Part shown: piece after piece, positions 10,293 to 20,900 of the stretch
Position numbering within the stretch: the stretch's first letter is position 1
Layout: every line of letters begins with the position of its first letter
Origin: Candidatus Hadarchaeota archaeon
GTDB taxonomy: Archaea > Hadarchaeota > Hadarchaeia > Hadarchaeales > JAWBSP01
Length of the DNA: 64,000 nucleotides
Assembly (NCBI GenBank): GCA_964474885.1
Contig: CAYYWO010000004.1
Location: 12,923 to 76,922 of the forward strand
Reading direction: 5' to 3'
Notes under the pieces: model-generated
The model's database searches: none
Told to the model about the DNA's origin: nothing
Seen by the model: the letters and a program-made list of their open reading frames with translations, nothing else
Position numbers and translations under genes: made by a program

Positions 10293-11272
10293 TACCTCTT
10301 ATTTTCCCGCTTTTTGAAATGCTCGTAGCCGAGCTCTGGAAGTGGCTTGAGTCTGTCATCGACTTTCAAGAAGACCCCCTTCCCCTTCTCAATCTTGCCC
10401 ACTCTGATCATCGAACAACCTACCTCTCGTAGCGCGCGCTCGAGCTTCCGCTCAATCTTCCGCGGGTAAGTGAAGACTAGCTCGTAGTCATCGCCGCCGA
10501 AGAGGGCAAAGTCCATGGGGTCCTTCCCCACAGCCTCCGCGTACTCCCTGGCAAGTCCGTGGACAGGTACCCTCTCCAGCAGGATTCTCACCCCGCTTGC
10601 CCGGGCGAGCTGCCGGAGATCCGTCACCAATCCATCTGAGACATCGATAGCTGCGGAAGCCCCAGCCCGGGCGAGAACCTCACCTTCTCGCACCCTCGCC
10701 TTGGGCCTCAGGAAGGTGCGAACCAGCTTGGACCATCTCCCGGACTCTCCATGCCCAAGGGCGTGCAGACCGGCGGAGGCAGCCCCAACCGGACCCGTTA
10801 GCCCAATGTATTCCCCCGGTTTGGCACCGCTTCTGGTGAGCACCCTGTCTGCATAGCCCACAGCAAAACCCGATATGCAGAGGGTCCCGTGCTCAGCCAA
10901 GTCCCCGCCTACCACCGGGGCATCGAAGACCCTGCCCGCCTGCTGGATGCCTTTGAACAGCTTCCTGAAGAATTCTAGCTCCGTGCTGGCCGGCATGAGG
11001 ACGCAAAACAGCAGCGCTGAGGGATGTGCACCCATAGCCGCTAGATCGCTCAGGCTCGCCACCGCCGCCCTCCACCCGATGTCCTCAGGGGAGATGCCAG
11101 AGGGGAAGTGGACGCCCTCGACCAAGGAGTCTGAAGTAACCACAGTTAGCCTCCCCTGGTTCTTAACCGCGGCTGCATCATCCCCCACACCGACCTCGAC
11201 CCGGGGATGGCCCCAGCTTGCCCTTCTGATGATGTCTATCAGCTTCCTCTCCCCGATATCTCTCAGCCTCAT
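10292..11272 (-). CDS. thiL: thiamine-monophosphate kinase (AIR synthase-related)
   Basis: N-terminus MRLRDIGERKLIDIIRR...VGVGDDAAAV; PurM-like fold; 326 aa. Confidence 0.8.
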   Translation of the reverse strand: MRLRDIGERKLIDIIRRASWGHPRVEVGVGDDAAAVKNQGRLTVVTSDSLVEGVHFPSGISPEDIGWRAAVASLSDLAAMGAHPSALLFCVLMPASTELEFFRKLFKGIQQAGRVFDAPVVGGDLAEHGTLCISGFAVGYADRVLTRSGAKPGEYIGLTGPVGAASAGLHALGHGESGRWSKLVRTFLRPKARVREGEVLARAGASAAIDVSDGLVTDLRQLARASGVRILLERVPVHGLAREYAEAVGKDPMDFALFGGDDYELVFTYPRKIERKLERALREVGCSMIRVGKIEKGKGVFLKVDDRLKPLPELGYEHFKKRENKR

Positions 11273-11631
11273 TTATAGAGGGGGAGGTGACCCGTCACCC
11301 TATCTATCCGTTCCGAGTAGTCCGGCCCTATAGCCAGGACCGTCACCGTACCGGGCGGCAGCTCTGTCAGTCCGGCATCGACCACCAGGCTCGCCTCCAA
11401 ACCTTCCCGTTCAGCCCTCTCCTTCAGCCCCTTAAGTTCCTCCTCATCCTCCGCGAGTAGGACTACCTTCTTCTGTCCCTCCGCCAGCCAGCCCCTATAA
11501 ATCTCAGGTTTCCTCTTGCGGGTATTCTCCGCCGCTGTGACCGCTCCGTGCGCCACTTGGGCCGCCAGCTTTCCCGGGCTCATCTTTAAATCGCCCCTTA
11601 CTACCAAGACCTGCTTAAACTTGAACCTCAT
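11269..11631 (-). CDS. pth2: peptidyl-tRNA hydrolase, archaeal PTH2 type
   Basis: 120 aa; MRFKFKQVLVVRGDLKMSPGKLAAQVAHGAV matches the PTH2 family N-terminus. Confidence 0.85.
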   Translation of the reverse strand: MRFKFKQVLVVRGDLKMSPGKLAAQVAHGAVTAAENTRKRKPEIYRGWLAEGQKKVVLLAEDEEELKGLKERAEREGLEASLVVDAGLTELPPGTVTVLAIGPDYSERIDRVTGHLPLYK

Positions 11632-12094
11632 GGTCTAGCCACGAGCCACAACGCGTGCACTGCCTGGCATCGGGCGGATTCTCTTGTCCACAGTACGGGC
11701 ACCTGATCAATCGGGTCTCCGGCTGAGGAGAGGCTTTTTTGGATTTGGGAAGCTTTGCCTTTACGTACCCCAAGCACCTCGTGAGCTTGGGGAGTCCAGT
11801 CCTCACATACCCCCAATACCTGTAGACCACGAGCAGGCCTCCCCTCAGGAACGCTGCAAAACCCAAAACTCCAGACGAGATGAGGAGGAGCCCCAGGAAG
11901 GGCCGCCAGAGCAAGCCCAGGTATTTCGCCAGAAAGAAGCCCACGAATATCAGCGCGATCAGCCCCAGGCCAAAGCTGGCCCCCAGCCTCTCCCAAAAGT
12001 CCAAGTCCTCAGGCCTGGGGAACAGGACGAGCGAGAAGAGGAAACCAGGTGCTAAAATGATCAGCAGGCCTACGAGGAGCATCAGGACGTCCAT
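11615..12094 (-). CDS. membrane protein with C-terminal zinc ribbon
   Basis: Two to three hydrophobic helices, then CPYCGQEN...CTRCGSW (CxxC-x11-CxxC). Confidence 0.5.
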   Translation of the reverse strand: MDVLMLLVGLLIILAPGFLFSLVLFPRPEDLDFWERLGASFGLGLIALIFVGFFLAKYLGLLWRPFLGLLLISSGVLGFAAFLRGGLLVVYRYWGYVRTGLPKLTRCLGYVKAKLPKSKKASPQPETRLIRCPYCGQENPPDARQCTRCGSWLDHEVQV

Positions 12095-12407
12095 TGTAAA
12101 CGGGGAGCCAACTTATGAATAGTGAACGGTTTACAATCTTGGAACGGATGACACCAGGAGGTCAGGGTGCCACAGGACCTAGAGGATGCCAATTCAGGCT
12201 CACGTAACACTTCTCTTGGTTCCTCCGTTTCTCTCGCTCTGGTTCCTCGCTGTCAGCAACAGAGGTCAAACTGTTTATAACAGATAAACAGTTCGTGTGA
12301 AGTGTTGATAACGGATGAACACTTCGCGAAATTTGTCGTGTTGAAGAGTTCAAACGAACCGTATCTAATCTTCGGAACTCCTCTTCGGCCACGCAGGGGT
12401 ACTGCAC

Positions 12408-12977
12408 CTAGCGTAGCTTTGCGCCTTTGCGAGCCAGCGTGTGTTTCAACACTTCCCGAACGGTTCCAGCGGGGGCGAGTTTTTTAGCCAGAGCAAAGGC
12501 GAAGGCCATGGCGGTCCCCGGACCTTGACTGGTTATTATGTTCTTGTCCACCACGACTATTGCCTTCTTTGGCTTCCCCCCACCCCTCCGCAGCTCCTTC
12601 TCCAGCCCCGGGTAGATGGTGCAGCTCTTTCCCCTGAGCACACCTGCTTCCGACAGAGCGGCCGGACCCCCGCAGATCGCCCCGATCAGCTTTCCTTGCT
12701 GATTCGCTTCCTGCAGGAGCTTCAGGACTCTCTGATCCTTCTTCAGGTTCTCCCAGCCTGGGGAGCCGCCGGGGCATATGAACGCGTCGAATTCCTCCAC
12801 CCGGACCTCCTCTACTGGGACATCTGCCTCCACCTTGACACCGTGGGAGCTCTCGATCGGTCCGCGCTGCAGTCCGGCAGTTGTCACCTCAACCCCGCAC
12901 CTCCTCAAGATATCAATGACCGTCATCGTCTCTATCTCCTCGAAGCCTGGTGCCAGAAAGACCACCGCGCGAGCCAT
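12408..12977 (-). CDS. DJ-1/PfpI family protein
   Basis: 189 aa; nucleophile-elbow AICGGP; family-typical N-terminus VVFLAPGFEEIE. Confidence 0.85.
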   Translation of the reverse strand: MARAVVFLAPGFEEIETMTVIDILRRCGVEVTTAGLQRGPIESSHGVKVEADVPVEEVRVEEFDAFICPGGSPGWENLKKDQRVLKLLQEANQQGKLIGAICGGPAALSEAGVLRGKSCTIYPGLEKELRRGGGKPKKAIVVVDKNIITSQGPGTAMAFAFALAKKLAPAGTVREVLKHTLARKGAKLR

Positions 12978-13035
12978 CTAACTACTTGTTTGGTTTAAAT
13001 TTGTCATCGTTTTCAACTCGCTCTCCACAGCTCTG

Positions 13036-13608
13036 ATGATAACCGAGATCGGCAGGATCTTCCTGTCAATGCTCGTGATAATGGACCCCTTCGGAAGCAT
13101 ACCCATCTTCCTGAATGCCATCCGGCGGAGCCAAGAGACCGTACCCCGGGCCTCACGCTACTCCGTGGGCGTCGCGGCCGGGGTTCTTTACTTCTTCCTC
13201 TTCTTAGGTAAGCCCTTCATGGAGCTCTTCGACATCGAGTTCTACTCCTTCGCGATCGGAGGGGGCATGGTGCTTGCCATACTCGCCCTTGAGCTCATCC
13301 TGGGGAAGGAGTTCGGGAGGACCCAAACGGGTGCCCCCCTGGCCCTCGTCGGCAGCCCCATCCTCACGGGGCCTGGCACCATCTTCATGACTATTTACTT
13401 CGTGGAGATGTACGGCTACTTCGCCACCTTTGTCGGATCGGCACTTTCCCTGGCCTGCTGCTGGGTCATCCTCTCCCTCTCGGCCCAGATCAACGAGAAG
13501 CTTGGGCAGCAGGCGCTTGAGATAATTTCCAGGATCATGGGGCTGTGCCTGATCACCATCGCCACGAACATCGTGATAGGCGGGATCAGGCAGGCCTTCG
13601 CGGGCTGA
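13036..13608 (+). CDS. MarC family (UPF0056) integral membrane protein
   Basis: 190 aa, multi-pass hydrophobic; N-terminus MITEIGRIFLSMLVIMDPFGSIPIFL typical of MarC. Confidence 0.75.
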   Translation: MITEIGRIFLSMLVIMDPFGSIPIFLNAIRRSQETVPRASRYSVGVAAGVLYFFLFLGKPFMELFDIEFYSFAIGGGMVLAILALELILGKEFGRTQTGAPLALVGSPILTGPGTIFMTIYFVEMYGYFATFVGSALSLACCWVILSLSAQINEKLGQQALEIISRIMGLCLITIATNIVIGGIRQAFAG

Positions 13609-14630
13609 TGGGAGAGATAGACTTTCGCTTAGTGTGGTTCGACTCCTTAGGAGCCAAGTCCTCCTGTACCCTCGTCAAAACACCTGAGGTCAGTATCCTC
13701 ATCGACCCGGGAGTTGCCATCATGCACCCCAGCTTCCCGGCCCCTCTGGCCAAAAAGGTCTACTGGACCCTCAGAGCGAAGCGGGAGATAAAGAAGGCCG
13801 CGAGGGAGGCTAGCGTCGTAATAATCTCCCACTACCACTACGACCACTTCACGGATTTCGACGCTAGCATTTACCGGAAGAAACTCATTTTGGCGAAAAA
13901 CCCGAATGAATACATCAACGACTCGCAGAGGGAGAGAGCCGAGCACTTTTACGGGAACCTCTTCAGGTACTTCGGGAAGCCGGGAGAACTCCCTGAGACA
14001 AGGAGAGAATATCCCGACCCCATGTCCCAGCTACCAAAAGCCTCCCGGAAGGATTTTGGCAACTATTCCAAGAGGCGGAAGGAGTTGCTGAACCAGGGAC
14101 TCAAGTGGTTCCGGAAGAGAGTCGAGAAGTGGAGGGGCTACGAGCCTATCCCGGAGGGAAAGATGAAAACCGGCGAGCTCAGGTGGGCGGAAGGACGGGA
14201 GTTCAGGTTCGGTAAAACCAGAGTGAGACTGGTTGGGCCCCTCTTCCACGGGATAGAGTTCTCCAGGGTGGGGTGGGTCTTCGCGACGGTCATACAGAGG
14301 GGTAAGGAAAAGTTCATCCATTCATCCGACCTAAACGGCCCAATAATCGAGGATTACGCGGACTGGATAGCCTCCGAAAAGCCAGACGTCCTGATCCTGG
14401 ACGGCCCAATGACTTATATGCTGGGTTACACGCTAGCGCAGACCACGCTCAAGCGCTGTGTGGAGAATGCCCTGCGGATTCTCGACTCCGCCGGCCTTAT
14501 TATATATGACCACCACCTTCCCCGGGAGCCCAAGTTCAGGAAGAGAACAGAGGAGGTTTGGCAAAAGGGTGGGGATCGGGTGATGACAGCCGCCGAGTTC
14601 TTGGGTAAGAAGCCCGTGGTTCTAGGTTGA
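13607..14630 (+). CDS. UPF0282-type MBL-fold metallo-hydrolase family protein (paralog A)
   Basis: HYHYDH metal-binding motif; start ATG overlaps the MarC stop (TGATG). The ORF-track start at 13545 is an upstream extension. Paralog of 58040-59023. Confidence 0.75.
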
Positions 14631-14948
14631 AAAGTTAACTCGCTTAAAATAGCACACCCTGAGTTCGGGATTGTAAACTTTCGGCCCGGGAGTCTCTCAA
14701 CCTCCTCCGGCCCCCACGTCATCCAGCCTCTGCCCATCCACTGCTGGCGATGACGGGAATGGTTATGCTGCATACACGGCCGTGAGCAAGTCCATCAAAC
14801 TCCTCCACATCCCCCGCCTATTAGGCGGAGCTCCTCTTTAAGTGTAAACAAGATGATGCCAGATTTTTCTCCAGTAAATTAAAATTTTTCGAAGGCCATC
14901 GAAAATTTGAGGTATTTAAAAAGCCGATGGTATTGAAGTTACTCACTT

Positions 14949-17900
14949 TTGTCGGTGAGAGGGGGGATAGGTAGGTGGGCAACGATATTGATAGACCTAC
15001 TTATTGTTCTATCCTATATGCCCCCCGGAGTCCTCGCGGTTCTGAAGACCCCTCAACTCCTTTCACCTGAAAATGACTCTTGGGTGAACGACAACACGCC
15101 CCTGTTCGACTGGACTGATGTCACAGATGCTACAAGCTACCAGATACTCGTTGACAATGACCCTGACTTCACGTCCCCTGAGATCAATGATTTTCCGACC
15201 ACAAGCGAGTACGAACCCACGGTTGAGCTGGAGGAGGGCATCTTCTACTACTGGGAGGTCAGGGCTAGGAATGAGGACACGGGGGACTCCTCCAACTGGT
15301 CTGAGGTTTGGTGCTTCAGGGTGGACATAACTCCTCCCCTTGCCCCTTCCCTCATCTCCCCCGACAACTCCGTTACGCTCTGGGTGGATCAGCCCACTTT
15401 CAGCTGGTCGGAGGTCTCCGACCTGAGCGGGATAACTTACAGGCTTGAGATAGATAACGACCCCAACTTCTCCTCCCCCGCGTACTCCATCCTCCTCACA
15501 GTCACCACCCACCAGCTGGAGAACAAACTGGTCGAGAACTTCTCCCCCTACTACTGGAGGGTGACGGCTGTGGACGGTGCGGGAAACGAAAACTCCTCGG
15601 TCGTGTACAAGTTCAACCTGAAAGTTCCCCCTGCCTCCTCGGTGGATCCGATCTCCCCGTACTGGGAGAACTCCGCCTTCACCGTCACGATGAGCGCCTC
15701 CGACAACGACGGGACGGTGGAAAATGTGGAGCTCTGGTACCGGTACTCGAGCGATAACACGAATTGGGGGGACTGGATCCTTTACGACAACGACTCCACT
15801 CCCCCCCACTCCCTAGTTTTTTCACCGCCCTCCGGTGACGGCTACTACGAGTTCTACTCGAGGGCATGGGACGACAGGGGGAACTACGAGAATGCTCCAG
15901 CCCAAGCGGATGCTAGGTGCGGCTACGATACGGTGGCCCCTCCCGCTCCCGAAAACCTCCTACCGGAAAACAACGCCGACTTGGTGACCCCCACCCCGAC
16001 CCTGGAGTGGTCCAGGGTGAGCGATATGAGCGGTGTCAAGTATGAGGTCTTGGTAGACAACGACAACCTCTTCGAACCCCCTTGGTCCTACCAAGCGGAA
16101 AACCTGGCAGAGAACACGGTTACAACCTCCCCCCTCGCCCCGGGACTTTACTACTGGAAGGTTCGGGCCAGGGACGGAGCGGGCAACTACGGTGCCTGGT
16201 CAGAGGTATACCAGTTCTATGTCAGAGCCTGGAGGCTTTTAGAGGATTTCAATGCTTGCATCCAAACCCTTTCAGGCTGGAGGCCCACCGAGGCACTTTC
16301 CTGCGGTTTATCCTCTCCCGCGAGCTGGATCAGGATCGAGGCACTAGCGGGGGGCATCGCACCCACCTGGTGGAAGCTGGAAGAAAGCTGCTGCACCACC
16401 GAAACACTCGCTGGGTGGAAGTTCGTCGGATCCCTGCAGGCTGGCGTGCGGGCTCTCCTGCCTAGTTGGGTCCGCATCGAGCAGTGGAGCAACACAGTCA
16501 AATCTGTTGGACTCTGGAATCTCCTACACAGCATTAGCTCATCTGTCCACAGCATTCCGGTCGCCTGGAGGTATCTCGAGGGTTGCAGCTCGGTAACCAG
16601 AACCCTGCCCCAGCTTTGGTATTTCTTGGGCTGTTACCAAGGGGGCTGTCGGGCTCCAGCAGGGTGGTTCGGGGTAGAGGAGTGGCTGTGCCACTTGAAC
16701 TTCGCGGCACATTGGCTCACCCTCACCCAGCTGTCTGCAAGCCCGTCGGCTCCGGCCAGCTGGCGCCCCACCGACACCCTCACCTCCTCCACCCAGACCC
16801 GTGGTTACTGGCGGTTGCAAGGGGTATGGAGCGCCGGTCTCCCGGCGCCCGTTCCATCTCCCCGGCTCACCTCACCGGAGAATTCTGCCAACCTGAGCAC
16901 GAATTCACCGCTCCTGTGCTGGGAGAACCTGCTCCCCGCCGACAATTATCACCTCCAAGTCGACAACGAGCCCAACTTTGACCAGCCCGAGGTGGATGTC
17001 TGGCTCACCGAGAACTCCCACCAGCCAACCCTCCCGGACGGGGTCTACTACTGGAGGGTGATGCAGACGAGGAACTCCGCTGCGTCGGAATGGTCCTCAG
17101 TCTTTAGCTTCAGACTCGATACCGTGCCCCCGCCCAAGCCCACCCTCCTCTTCCCAGCGAACCAAAACATAAACGACAACACGCCCCTCTTCCGCTGGAC
17201 CTCAGTCCCGGAGAATTCCCTGCCCCTTAGCTACTGGATAGAGATCGACAACGAGCCGGCCTTCAATCCGCCAAAGCTCCTGTCAACTGGCTGGCTCTGG
17301 GACAACTACTACCAGCTCACCACCGAGCTGTCAGACGGCGAGTACTACTGGAGGGTAAAAGTGAGGGACAATGCGGGGAACTTGGGGGACTGGTCGAGCG
17401 AGAACTTCAGAGTGGACACCGTGAGGCCTTCCGCACCCGCCCCCATTTCACCCACTTCAAACGCCTGGGCATCCGTAACTCCCACCTTCACTTGGCAGAG
17501 GGTCAGTGAGAACTCGTTCCCGGTCAAATACCGCGTGTTCGTGTGCGAGGACTCCGGCTTCGATACAAGCGTCTACAAGGTTTACGTCTCGCCCTGGCTG
17601 ACGGAAAACGAGTGGACCTCCCCCGTGCTGGTGGAGGGGCTCGGGGTGGAAGGGAAGCTCTTCTACTGGAGGGTATGCGCCCTAGACAATGCGGGTAACC
17701 TCAGCGAGAATTCTCCCATTCAGGTCTTCCGGACCGACAACGTTCCACCCTCAGTTCCAGACATCCTAGCTCCCGAGAACTGCGCTTACGTCTCGGAGGT
17801 CTTCACTCTGGCATACACGGCATCGGACGGGGGCTCCGGTGTAGCTAGCTACTGGGTCCAGGTCATGGACGAGAACGGTGAAATAGTTTACGAGAACCAA

Positions 17901-20900
17901 GAGGCTGAGAACAGAGTAGTCTTGCGACTCAGTGAGGGCACCTACCAGTGGAGGGTCAGGGCGAGGGACGCGATCGGGAACCTGAGTGATTGGTCGGCCC
18001 TCTACACCTTCACGGTCAGCATCTGGAGATTCATCGAGAGCTGGAGCCTAGCGCTGGGTACCCCGAGGAGATGGCACCCCATCGAGAGTTTCTCCGCCTC
18101 CTCAGAAGGCCGGGTCTCCTGGAGGGAACTAGACACTTGGGTAGCATCCGCCCTCTGCCCGGCCGGATGGGTGCTTTCAGAGGGAGTTTCCTCGGCTGTG
18201 GGCACACGCGCCAGGTACCTCCAGCTGGCCTCATTGACCGCCACCGTTGCGCCGAAGGCGGGATGGGCCTCGGTTGCCACATTCTCGAGCTCTCTTTCAT
18301 CCCCCGGCTCCTGGGAGCTCCTCGATAGCAGGAGCGCGGAGTCCTCTGCACCGAGCTCTTGGGTGCGGGTGGAGCAAATGATTTCCTCCCTCGCGTACCC
18401 AACCGCCTGGCGGAAGCTGGAGACCTACTCCTGCATCCTGACAAACATGCCTGGCTGGAGATCAGTGGAGGACATCACGGTCCTCCTCTGGAGCCCCTCC
18501 TTCTTCCGCTTCTTGGACTCGTACTGCGGTAAGCTTGCAGGCCCCGTCCGCTGGTGGGTGCTCTCCGCTCAAACATCCGGAGCACGGACGGTTGTCGGAT
18601 GGGCACCCGTTGAGCTCGTGAGTGCGACGTGCAACACCAAGAGGGCATGGACGCTCGTCGGTAGCTATGCTGCACGGACCTCTGCTCCGGCTGTATGGAA
18701 AGGGCTTGCCAGCCTGAGCGCCGCAATCAGCGCCCCGATTCCCACCCCAACGCTGGTCTCCCCCGCGGACGGGACAAACATAAATCCCAATCTTTCCACC
18801 CTGACGCTCCGGTGGGAAAACTCCCTGTCGGCAGACAACTTCGATCTCCAGATCGACAACAATGCCGATTTCTCCTCTCCTGAGGTCTCCGTGACCGTCA
18901 CCGGCAACAAGTACTCGCCCGCGGATCTCCCGGATAATCTGTACTGGTGGAGGGTCAGGCAGAGGAGGACGGGGAGTGTCTCAGGCTGGTCCGGAGCCTG
19001 GAAATTCAGGGTAGACACCCTTGAGCCCTCGCCTCCCGAACCCCTCAGCCCGATCGAGGGCGAGAACCTGAATGATCCCATCCCCGTGCTTGAGTGGTCA
19101 GAACCGCCCGAAAACTCCCTCCCGCTCACCTACAAGGTGCAGGTCGCCACTTCCAGGTTCTTCGAGTCCGGCACCATCCTCAGGGAAACTTGGGTCTCGG
19201 AGCCGAGGTGGGAGGTCTCCCCCGCCCTGCCGGACAACGTCTACTACTGGAGGGTGCTCGCGAGGGACAACGCGGGGAACAACAGCCTGTATTCCGAAGT
19301 CAGGAGCTTCAGGGTGGACACCCTGAGCCCGCCCGCTCCAACACTGGTAGAACCGGAGAACGACAGCTGGGCACCCGGAGACTTCCGCTTCTCTTGGACC
19401 TCCATCCCCGAAAACTCCCTGCCCGTGGTCTACAACCTCGTCATCGCCTACGACTCGGACTTCAGCGAAATGGTAGAGAACGTGTTCCTCCTAGAAAACA
19501 CTTACTCAACCTCCCTAGCAGAGGGTTCCTACTGGTGGAAAGTCAGGGCGAGGGACAATGCTGGTAATTGGAGTGAGTGGTCGGATGCCTGGACCTTCAC
19601 CCTGGACAACACCCCACCCAGCCAGGTCGTCCTGACGAGACCCGAGAACTCCTCCTTCGTCCAGAGCGGACCTGTGACCTTCGGCTGGCAATCCGCCTCG
19701 GATGAGGGTTCGGGTGTGGGGAGGTACTGGATTCAGATCTGGCGCAACGGTTCCTTAGTGTACGAGAACTGCTCGGTGCCCGATAATTCGCTCACGGTGG
19801 AGGTGCCGACCGGGCTGTACTGGTGGAGGGTGAGGGCGGTGGATGTCGCCGGAAATGCGGGCGGGTGGTCGGAGCCATTTGTCTTCACTTCCTCCGACTG
19901 GCACCAGCTCGAATCTTGGCAGCTGCCGCTCGTTGCCCCGGCTAGCTGGAAGGGGGACGAGAGCTGGACCGTCTCCGCTCTCGGAGCTGCCCTCTGGAGA
20001 AAGCTCGAAATCTCGTCGGCTCGCACTAGCTCGCCCGGTCGCTGGGAGCTATCTGACAGTTGGGTCACGTCCATGTGCTCTCCATCGGCTTGGTACAGTC
20101 TGGATGGTAGGAGCATCTCCATCGTCTCCCCCGTTGCCTGGAAGAAGCTCGAAAACTGGATTGGCAGCTGCGCGCTCCCCGCCCTCTGGCACCTAACAGA
20201 AATCCTTCCGGCTTCTCTGAAGACAGTTGCCCACTGGCTGGAACTGGAAGCTCAAACTGGAACCTGCCACGGCTTGCTCGGGAAGTGGAGGCTGATTGAT
20301 CAACTGCAGGGCACGGTGCTCGCACCAGCGTTTTGGCTGCCTCTCATGTCCATTCAGAGCCAGGCAGGAGCCGTGTCCAACTGGCAAAAAGTGAGCACGT
20401 GGCCGGCAACGATCGGTGGCCCCATCCACCCACCGGTCCTGATCGCCCCTGAAAACACCAACACCAATGACAACACGCCCACCTTCCAATGGGACAACCT
20501 CCAGCCTGTCGACAACTTCGAGTTCATGCTCGACAACGATGCGGACTTCAGCTCGCCTGAGGTCCACCTGACAACCTCAGACAAGTCCTACACTTCGGGT
20601 GAGCTGCCCGACGGGGTTTACTGGTGGAGAGTCAGATGCTGGAGGACTGGTACCGCCGGTGGCTGGTCGGAGGTCAGATACTTGAGGGTGGACACCGTCA
20701 GTCCCTCCTCCCCCGACCTGCTGAGCCCGTCCGATGGTGAGGACGTCAGCGATTCAACTCCCGTCCTCAGCTGGAGTTCCCCACCTGAGAACTCCCTGCC
20801 CCTCACCTACAACCTCAAGATCTCAACCTCACCTTACTTCGAGCCCGAGAACATCGTGATTGATGTCTGGGTGGAGGAGAACTCCTACGAGGTATCTGGT

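Noticed and set aside
13545-13606. N-terminal extensions of ORF-track models (13545 for UPF0282-A; 41905 for cofG; 53827 for HD hydrolase; 49354 for epimerase 1; 53102 for epimerase 2; 42121 for cofC)
   Set aside because: The extensions overlap upstream genes, lack family-conserved residues, and internal Met codons coincide with family N-termini and with coupling overlaps.
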